Assembly (NCBI GenBank): GCA_043228905.1
Contig: JBHGNT010000003.1
Coordinates: 3,410,001-3,474,000 of the forward strand
Direction of reading: 5' to 3'
DNA from: Azolla caroliniana
Lineage: Eukaryota > Plantae > Polypodiophyta
DNA: 64,000 nt
The notes beneath the pieces were generated by a model. The model saw only the letters and a program-made list of their open reading frames with translations. It ran no database searches and was not told where the DNA came from. How positions within the stretch are numbered: the first letter of the stretch is position 1; each line of letters starts with the position of its first letter. Below are positions 54,601 to 64,000 of this stretch, one piece after another. The position numbers were made by a program, and so were the translations under genes.

Positions 54601-57600
54601 TAGGCTATTAAGTTTACAAGATTGACAGGATGAAATTCACCAATAAAAGTCACTTTGGGTGAGTCGTGTAACAAGGCATTAATGTGTATTATTTGCCCAA
54701 CACTTCCCTAGAGTTAAAAAAATATGATTATTGATGACATTCGTAGAATTTTTGAAACCCACTAACAAGTCTTTTTGTCCTTCATTCCATTTCCATTAAG
54801 TTAAAAAAATTATTGTAGCACTCCTTATACAAGTTTAGAGGGAAGATAGATTTGTCCGTTGATGTACCACTTGAAGACACACATGACTATTAGAATGAAA
54901 AAATTGCGCTCCTAGTTTCAAATACAAACAATCAAATATATGCAAACCTAATGCAGGTAGAGCATTACTAATTTGTGCTCCTTTGCCACCTAGAATTCTT
55001 CCTTTTACAAAACCAACTTACTTCTCATGCAATGTCATTGTGTATATCTTGGGATACAAAACTCATCATTGATACCAATCTATAATAGATTCTAGAAGTA
55101 TGACGCATTTTCCTCTAAGGAAAGATGTAACATTCACTACATTCAAAGAAGACAAAATATGAGGCAATTTGGTTTACAAGAGCATGAAGAATGTGCGAAA
55201 GCATTAAAGAATATCATGATGACTCTCTTTAAGATGTGTCTTGTTTACTTATAGATCCTTAGGAAACATCTAAAACTTTCGAACCCTCCATGGTTATGCC
55301 CAAGTCTCTATGTTAAAATTACCCCCTCTTTCTACAATTCCCAAGTTCCTTCTCCAAATTCTCTGTTTCTCGAACAATTCCCAATGTTTTTTTACACTCA
55401 CCCTCTCTAATTTTCATCTCCTTTTACAATTCCCAAAGGGACTATAATTTCCCCACCGGTAGTAGCTAGATAGAGGGATAATGATTAATAATTATAAAGA
55501 CCATACATATTTGGACATTGTAGACAAGGAATTTATCCCTCTCTACGATTTTTGAAGTACATGTTTGTTTACGGCTTCTATTTCCTCAACAAACAAACAA
55601 ATTGTATGATGTGTATTGTTTTGGTCTCGTCAACCATATTAGCCTCTTTGCAATCTTCACTACAATTGTTTTTATTTTTTCTTCTTAATATTCCATAATA
55701 TTGGAATTCCCTCTAAAATTTCTCTCTCGATTTCACATTCCCTCTCAAATTTTCAAATTCTCTGGAGACATTATCACAGTGAGTGATATTGTGAGCATTG
55801 CGGTACTTTCGGGGTTGGAAAAGTGAAGTCCGGAAAGCATAGATAAAGAAAGAACTTCATTAGATAGTACACAAACCTAGTGTTAATCTCTTTACACGAA
55901 GACCTAGTAGGAAACCTCCTCGTGAGAGACATATTTTAGATATTATCATCCACCTACAAGAATCTAATAAAAAACTCTACGAAGGGTTACATCAATCAAG
56001 AGTAAAATTATTACAACGAGGTCAATGTCAACTCTGGAGTCTGAACTATAATGAAGTCAATGGAAATTAATTCCCAATACTTTTTGAAGATAATATACAA
56101 ACTAATTCCCAATAGACAAAGGTCAGTGTCAACAATGTGGATGATTGTCAGGACCAATCATTGTATTAGCAAAAAAAAAAAATCAAGATAAAATACAAGC
56201 CAATATTAATTTATTCGCTTTCTATACCTCTCCGCCCATCGTCATTGCACAAACCAATACAAGGCGCTTGTTGGTCACACAATTACTTTCCAATATCATA
56301 AAGAAGGAAAGACCATAAAAAAACAATAAGGAAACATCCCCCTTATGGATGATTACAACAAGGAAATAGCTCAAACAACTGAGTGTGGAAGAGGAAGCAA
56401 TTGAAGAGGTAAGCATCAATTTGTTGTATATTGGGCCTCTGGTTCCGAAGATGATCAAATTTGGTTTTCATGATGAGAAGGTCATTATAAGAGAAGACTA
56501 AGGAGACAACGCAAAAACAATTTCAAGTACAACAATGCCAAAACATGAAATAATGTGTGGGATAAGATTGTGTGGATATCGATGGCCTCGTCTTGTTGAC
56601 CATTCACCTAGGTTATTCATACTTAACTATTCATAGATGAATCCAATGTGGATAAATAGGGTGGGTGTCTTGCTTCTACACCTCTTAAGTCTATCACACA
56701 TAATACATGAACAATTTAAGCTAATACATTGAACAATTTGAGATATACATACCTCAAAGTGCTTTGACATAATAAAAATACTTCATGGCAAAGATACATT
56801 AATGACCGCTTTCTACATGTGAGACACATGGGTGGCTTGTTCAAAGTCTCATAAAATGATTATCACATATCTCAATGCTTTTGAAATTGAACCAATATTC
56901 AAACATTTATAATGCACAACAATGATATAATATTGGCCCTTTGGTGTAGCATTACAATGGTCCACAAGCTTAGATAAGATCACATGTAATGTTTTGCTCA
57001 AGATATCCATTCTACAAAAAAGGATGATTAGGGTTATATGGCTTTTCCCAACATAAGGAACATCACTACGACAAAGCTATATACCTTTACACAATCAACG
57101 AGATTAAAATAACAAAAAGATATATTAGGGTATTTATTGAGACACATTCGCAAGCACATAAAATAAGGAGTGCACAATTGCACTTTCAACAGAGAGGTGA
57201 TGAAGGTATGTGATCCAACCTTAGAATTTCTTAATGCAGAAATAAATTCATGCCCCTAACCTTTTGCCAATCTCAAGAAAAAAGGTCAGGAATGAATGCC
57301 CAAGGGATTTGGCACGATAAAAAAAAAATCTGATGGCCAAGAAAGAGGCACAAAATGACATCACAATTCAGAAAGTATACAGTTATTCGAAGCAACAACA
57401 TAGCGCAAATCTTCAATCCCAAATGATGAAGTGACACCATTCCAGATTATATACATTATAATTGGATACGGTGATCCCTGTAGTACATAACCCATTAGTA
57501 CCATAAACCTGCGTCCAATTTATTGCTATTCTCTTACAACGGGGCCATTGGCAAGACAACCAACACTATTTTCCACATCTGGACCACTTCAGATGAAACA

Positions 57601-58179
57601 CCTTATTTTAGCCACAAGCTAAATGTGCATATATGAATCTGTGATTAATCCAACAGGAGATTGCCTCAAATTTTGGGTAAAACCATAAGTAAAGTTTTTA
57701 ATTCGCCACAATTGTGGCAAATCTAAACATGGACATGGAACAATCTTTTTCTGATTATGAAGAGTTAACAAGCTGTGGTGCTTGCTATTCTCCATCAAAT
57801 CAAACAAACTATTACACTTGTGATAAACATTTCAACTGTGACAATCACATGCATAACTTCAAGAAACCAGAGTTTACAAGTGTGATTATAACTCTAGAAT
57901 CATACAGAGGTGGACCAAGTTGCTGCAACTTCATAGGGTCATAACCTCACATTTTTATCTAGATTGCATATAGAAGATGTGGAAGTACCAAATACAGATA
58001 TCATCTGGCTATCTCAGTGTTCTGAACATGGCTACTATACATAAAACCTTAACTCATGATGTCTACATCACAAAAAACATCATTACATGGCATAAACCAT
58101 ATTTCCTCATCACGTAGTTTTTTTCATTCTATGGCCATACCTTCCTTGTCAGTTGGAAATAATGAAAATCTATGGCAAT

Positions 58180-59711
58180 TTACAAAATCTTGAATTGTTG
58201 CTCAAGGGCATTGCAGATACGACCAATGCAACATGCTGCACTTAGAGGATACTCGGACACTGCAACAAGGAAAAATATAAGGTGAGTGAGAAAAGATGAT
58301 TAGGGCAAATACTAAAGTACCTGTCACATCTTTTCAAATATGAACAAAAACCATCTGTAGTAATACAACTACTACAAAGCAAGGTAGTGGTATTCTAGTA
58401 AATACGCACGTTAGGGGTGTATTTCCTATTAAAATAAAATAAGCTCAGCTAAGAGACTATTAAAGAATTTAAATGGAAAAAATATATGATTAATGTTGGG
58501 GCATCACTTTTACCTGCAATCAGATCTTCAATATAATCTGCTTCAATTTTGCCATGGGCCATGGCCCCAACCTTCAAAAATATAGAAAGGAGTCAAAATG
58601 CTGGCACAGAATTGTTTTGAGCGCATGAGTTTTCTGGACAATGAAAAGAATTACAACTCACCACAAACACCAGTTTGGCTTTGGTTCCCATAGATACAAC
58701 ATAATCATGTAGCTTGATCACTTTGGGGGCACTGTAAGACAATCCTGAGAACCATACAAATGAAGGGAAAAATTAAAGATGCAAGAAAAGTTGGGAGAGA
58801 AAACATGCCAAGTGCAGATTCTACTGGAGATATAAGGTTTCTTGTCTCACCAAATGGCTATTTTTTGAGCCTTTTCAACCATTTTTGGTAACGATTGGAA
58901 TCACAGATTTTTTAAGAATCTGGCTAACCTTATGACAAAATAGGGGATTGCAATCATGTATACCGAAATAGTGCTAAATACTGTAAATGTTTTGAAAAAT
59001 TAACCCTAACTTTGGTTAGTTTTAAAGTTCCATGGCCTGTCAATTTGCACAACCAGACTAAACCAGTAATATATAGTGAACCCATGTGGTGAAATTGCTT
59101 TCACCTTCTAAATTTCAATTTCTGAAAGTGTTCACTTTTCATATTAACCATTCAATATCATTTCACACATCAACAGAAGCAAAAAGACAGTCTTTTTCTG
59201 TAAAAGCTAAAATCTGCAAACAATCACAAATATCTAATATAAATGTAGCATGAGAAAAATTGTGAAAAAGTCAAGTTTGCAATTACTACATAGCCAATCA
59301 TAAGATCCATCCAAAGGAATGATTCACAAATGTAAACTCTTGCATTATGAAAGTTTGGCAATGACAGAAAGATTTGGGCAACTGACATTAAACACCTAAT
59401 TCTGTGATCTTAATTTGTGCAGTTTATTCACTTCCAATAGAATAGATACTTAATTAACATTGATGGCACTGCGAACATCATACATGTTAACTATATTTTT
59501 CACGAATTGATCAATGACAATACCATAAGAATAAAAAGTAATATAAAAATGGCAAAGATTTGTTCATGGTAAAAAAGTAGTCATACCAATTCTCCGTCCA
59601 CCAACTGGTAGATGCTTCGTAACTGGCTGTTTAACAACTCTCAACAGCTTTTCTGGGCCATTTGTTGCACGAATACTAAGCTTCTGTAGCAGTTGTACTG
59701 ACATGACACAG

Positions 59712-59793
<82 letters not shown>

Positions 59794-61581
59794 ATCCATT
59801 CACGCCACGTTCCAATCTTCACTAGATGCCAGTGCAGAATGAAGCACTTGAACCCATAACCTACCCGAACAACCTAACCAACTAGGCTATACCATCCTGC
59901 AATGCTCAAACGTCAAACCACAATCAAGTTTGGGTTCCCCATGTTCTCAATCCTGACTTAATCCCTACACACATTTCTCTCTCTAGAGTCTATACACATG
60001 TCTCTCTTGGCCACATTGCCCAGTTCGAATTGCAACCTTCATTTTAGAACCCTTGAGCATCAAGTCTACATAAGCAACTCCACACACATGTTTTGATTTC
60101 ATACATCATGATACCCTCAGTGAAGATAATAAAATCTGTATTTCCATCCATCTGCTTATCAAATCTTACCCATTAAACCACAAAAGCGCTTGAATGTTCT
60201 TGGTATACGAATATGGGGATTTACTTGGATAAGGACATTTGTATCAGTCAAGACATAGAGTCCCTTCAATTTTCCAGCTTTGTTCAAAGGACTGTCAAGG
60301 ATTGCAAGAAGTGCCTGTTGCCAAGCAGATAAATAAATCAATGATCAATCAATGTGAATTTACTGATATATCATGAGCTTAAAATCATAAAATGCACAGT
60401 ACTAAATACATCAATCGAAAAGGTGAAGAGAGAAAGAAAGCTATCATTAAATCCCCGCCTTAACGTATGCATAACCCACTAGATATATCTATGAAACATC
60501 AAGTGACAAGATATGAATTTTATTCAAAGTAAATAGATTATCAATGATGGGATTAAGAAAGCTATGATGAACAAATACCATACTGATAATTCGAGGTTAT
60601 CCGTACCTTACATATCCAACCTTTGTTCAATGATCATATTCAAGTATTTGTTTATATGTTGACCCATTGTGTAACAAGGAAAGAGCAGACAATTAAAAGA
60701 AGGAAAGAGCAGATCACAAGGTTCAATCCTGGTAACTATACATCAACCACACCCCGAACTTTTGGATTTGGTTTTTTGGTTTAAGGGGGGAGACCTTCAG
60801 TTGGAGTAACGGAATGTTGCCACGTTGTTTAGGAGAAAAATCTTTACCCGTACACACACAGGAGTAGGGTTGCCTTGGTCCATGACAACCTAGGATAGCC
60901 ACAAGACCATCACGAGACTTTGCGCACAGATGCCAACCCAAACCCCACAATGCTTGCACATTGTTTTGTATTAGATTTAATAGAAGTTCATTTTGCACTC
61001 TTTTTGTGTCATCTTAATCTTTAATTCAGTTTATTTCATTTAGTCAATGATGTGCACCTAAAGATGGAACTGCAGGATCAACATAATCTCGATAAAAATA
61101 GATGCACTAGGTAGGGTGAAAGGACACTGTTATCAGTGAATATTATACTCATCATAGCATTTCCAGTAGCTAGTTCACATAAACGCATATAGCTAGGAAT
61201 TCATGGATTGATATATTCTTTCCTTTATTCATACCTGATGAACTATATCGGGTCTGAAGAGGGCAGGATCTTTCTTATGCTTTCTGAGGAAATTAGAATG
61301 ATCATCACAATTCAGCAATTGATAATTCTGAAATAAGAGGAAAAGAAAAAGAAGCAACGGATTAATCAACTTGCAATACATAAGGGGGTAGGCCAAAAAA
61401 CAAAAAAAAACGATTCCAAGACGAACGCCATATCTATCTCTGCAGAAAAGAAAGAAAGAAAGGTGAATTTTTTTTTCTGTTCGTTCACCTTTCCAACTTT
61501 CGCAACTTCGAGGGAAGCTTTCTCGAGAACGAACCAGATCCCTCCTTCGTCCTCGGGCTCTGGCTGTGCCTCTTTCTCCAT
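58180..61581 (-). CDS. EMG1: EMG1/NEP1 18S rRNA pseudouridine-N1-methyltransferase, 220 aa. Exons: 61581-61489, 61327-61235, 60314-60170, 59697-59587, 58744-58662, 58571-58514, 58259-58180
   Basis: Phase-consistent GT..AG introns (663 nt). Motifs [67 protein letters not shown]. Confidence 0.96.
59716..59792 (+). repeat. (TC)~38 microsatellite; (GA)n in EMG1 transcript sense
   Basis: 77-nt perfect dinucleotide tract, 16 nt from the exon-4 acceptor AG. Confidence 0.97.
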
Positions 61582-61596
61582 AATGGGAGAGAGAGA

Positions 61597-61762
61597 AAAC
61601 CCTAAAAAAGGCCTGACAAAAACCCTAGAAGGCACAGGATGAACAAAACCCACCAGCAGTATATGGATGTAATGTAAAAGAGAAAGACAGAGTGGGCGAG
61701 AATTCATGAAAAAGGATTTGAGGTGAGGGGTCTCTGGTTCTCAGAAATTACAAAAATGGGCC
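61597..61762. promoter_or_regulatory. Telo-boxes and site II element in the EMG1 promoter/5'UTR
   Basis: AAACCCTA near 61597 and 61621 and TGGGCC at 61757-61762. This pair is typical of plant ribosome-biogenesis genes. Confidence 0.65.
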
Positions 61763-61791
61763 TGCTGTTTCTCATACAACATTTACATCAT

Positions 61792-62545
61792 ATCATGCCC
61801 ACGTACCTCTTTCTCGCCCTTTAAACCCTAAAACCCTAAGTTCATCTCGTGTTTTCAATTGAACCAAGGAGAAACCTCATGGCTCTACATCATGCCCACA
61901 TACCTCTTTCTCGCCCACTAAACCCTAAAACCCTAAGTTCATCTCGTGTTTTCAATTGAACCAAGGAGAAACCTCATGGCTCTACATCATGCCCACATAC
62001 CTCTTTCTCGCCCACTAAACCCTAAAACCCTAAGTTCATCTCGTGTTTTCAATTGAACCAAGGAGAAACCTCGTGGCTCTACATCATGCCCACATACCTC
62101 TTTCTCGCCCACTAAACCCTAAAACCCTAAGTTCATCTCATGTTTTCAATTGAACCAAGGAGAAACCTCGTGGCTCTAGGTATGCGAGGGTGTGTGTGTG
62201 TATGGCTAACTTGGGAAACCACTTAAAGCCTTGAGTTCGTCTCGTGTATTCATATGTAGGGAAGAAGAAAGCTTATGGCTTCATGTATGGTGTGTTTGTG
62301 TGTGAGTGTGTAGCTCACTCAAAACCCATCTAAAACCATAGGTTTGCCTCGTGTATTCAATGTAAGGAAGAAGAAAACTTATGGTATCAAGTATGGTGTG
62401 GTGTGTCACATGTGTAGCTAACCAGTAAACCACCTAAAGCCCTGAGTTTGTCTCATGTATTCATTATAAGAAGAAAGCTTATGGCTTCAAGTTGTGTGTG
62501 TGTGTGGCTAATTCAGGAACCACCTAAAACCCTAAGTTTGTCACA
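61792..62545 (+). repeat. Tandem array: 4 x 97 bp near-identical units (61792-62178) followed by ~3 older, diverged related units
   Basis: atcatgccca at 61792, 61889, 61986 and 62083. Each unit has taaaccctaaaaccctaag. Related cc.t.agtt..tctcgtgt.ttca units continue to about 62545. Confidence 0.93.
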
Positions 62546-63174
62546 AGCTCATTGCTTCTTATGGACAAGCGCAACCAGCAGCACAATGATTTTCTAAAAC
62601 TAGACTTTTATGATATCTCCCTCATATGAGTTCGTAGCAAACTATGGGAGCATATTTCAAAATAACATTATTATGAGTGTTGATTATAAGCTCTCAAAAT
62701 TCAAACATAATTATGAGTGGAGGCAGACCCAACTAGAAGAGAAACAAAACTTCCAATTGTATTTTTGTCTTGTCCTTTTATCTGAAGATAAGAATCGTAT
62801 GAAATGGGCATAAGAACATTTGCCAATGCTACAAAGACAGAATTAGTTTTAATAATGTGTCACACGGTACACTAAATGCAAGGTGCCAACAAGAAATTTA
62901 ACAAGTTATCTTCTTCATGGTAGTTTTGTCTAAGAAAATTTAGAATTTTCTTTTCTTCGATATGCTTTTTCTCTTATTAGACATCTTTCTCGGATTCTTT
63001 TTCCTTTTTCTTTTTACATTCACATATGCCTTTGTATTTGACATATTCTCTTAAGAAATGATTTCAAATCAAGTTCCTATTAACTCGCATTGTTTCCATT
63101 TTCTGCCATGGCCACTGATATTTCTTTGCATTTAACTTTAATCATTGTTGAAAATACAGATCTTTTAACACATT

Positions 63175-64000
63175 CTACATGAGCAAAGTGCAAGCATCAT
63201 TCCTTGCTATGAAGTGGGTACATAACACATTTCGAAACACTTTTATACATTGTTCACTCCAACCATGACAAATGGCTGCAAGGGTGAAAGAATGTTGCAA
63301 GGCACACAATGCACAAAGTAGCATTGGCACTCGATGTCTTATCCATGATTCTCTGGTGACAAAGTTATCTTTAGAATCAAATGTTGTAACTATAGATGAA
63401 ATCTCATTGATATCAAATGGAGTTATTATGGATGAAAGGAACAAAGAGCTACCTCGAACCACTGGCCATATCAAATCCACTAATTTCTGCAGAATTTCAA
63501 CAATGAATGACTCAAGCTGCTCATCCATGTCAGTATTGAGTCTTGCTTCAGCACCCAAAAACTCTTTGAGATCACACCGCAATAATTTCTCCACGAAAGC
63601 ATTGTCATTACTATGCAAATACACATGAAACTTCTTATGCTCAGATATGGTATCAATGTCAAAACATCGATCTAATTCGGTCCATGCTCTTATAAGGGAT
63701 TTGCCACACTCTAACCAGAAACGAGAAGCCAAATCGATCAATCCAACCTCTCCAGAGTTGTAAAAGTTCTGAACACATCCTGCTAATATAAGTGCATATG
63801 CAGCCGAGGATAATGCAAAACGTGCAATTCGACTCTCATTTTTTACATCTCCTTGGCGATTAATGTCGGAAATGTTCTGTTCATCTTCTTGGTGATCATA
63901 TCCGGCAGCAAGAATCTTGTATGAAGAAGATAAAACCATGTAGATGTCCAAGCATGAGCGATGCATCAGCAAAGGTAGATTTTCACAAAAACGGCCTTCA
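63175..64000 (-). CDS. 3' end of an unidentified protein-coding gene (frame open to the window edge)
   Basis: At least 274 stop-free codons with protein-like composition, running from the window end to TAG at 63175. No family recognised. Confidence 0.6.
   Translation of the reverse strand, partial: EGRFCENLPLLMHRSCLDIYMVLSSSYKILAAGYDHQEDEQNISDINRQGDVKNESRIARFALSSAAYALILAGCVQNFYNSGEVGLIDLASRFWLECGKSLIRAWTELDRCFDIDTISEHKKFHVYLHSNDNAFVEKLLRCDLKEFLGAEARLNTDMDEQLESFIVEILQKLVDLIWPVVRGSSLFLSSIITPFDINEISSIVTTFDSKDNFVTRESWIRHRVPMLLCALCALQHSFTLAAICHGWSEQCIKVFRNVLCTHFIARNDACTLLM

Noticed and set aside
61582-61707. In-frame N-terminal extension of EMG1 from ATG 61707
   Set aside because: The region contains telo-boxes and a CT-rich leader typical of promoter/5'UTR and shows no NEP1 similarity. 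ATG 61581 is preferred.

Overview
AT-rich land-plant nuclear DNA with GT-AG introns, MITEs, LINE debris and microsatellites. The species cannot be determined from this window. Seven protein-coding loci are supported: the 3' part of LEO1/VIP4 (PAF1 complex, +, 1-4418); an intronless DREB A-6/RAP2.4-type AP2/ERF gene with a very long low-complexity tail (+); a 6-exon SGS3-like zf-XS/XS/coiled-coil gene ending in a C3HC4 RING finger (+, 33456-36750); an 83-aa putative membrane protein (-); a DUF868 gene (-); EMG1/NEP1 (-, 7 exons); and the 3' end of an unidentified gene at the right edge. Intergenic DNA holds hAT-type MITEs with 8-bp TSDs, a 2.9-kb TIR element splitting a ~200-bp satellite, a foldback element, a ~285-nt near-perfect hairpin, a half tRNA-Ser of probable mitochondrial origin, and about a dozen young tandem duplications of arbitrary sequence. 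The best novelty candidates are the SGS3-RING fusion, the long hairpin, the duplicated LEO1 splice acceptor creating a poison isoform, and the tandem-duplication pattern. All gene models were derived by hand; no database searches were run.
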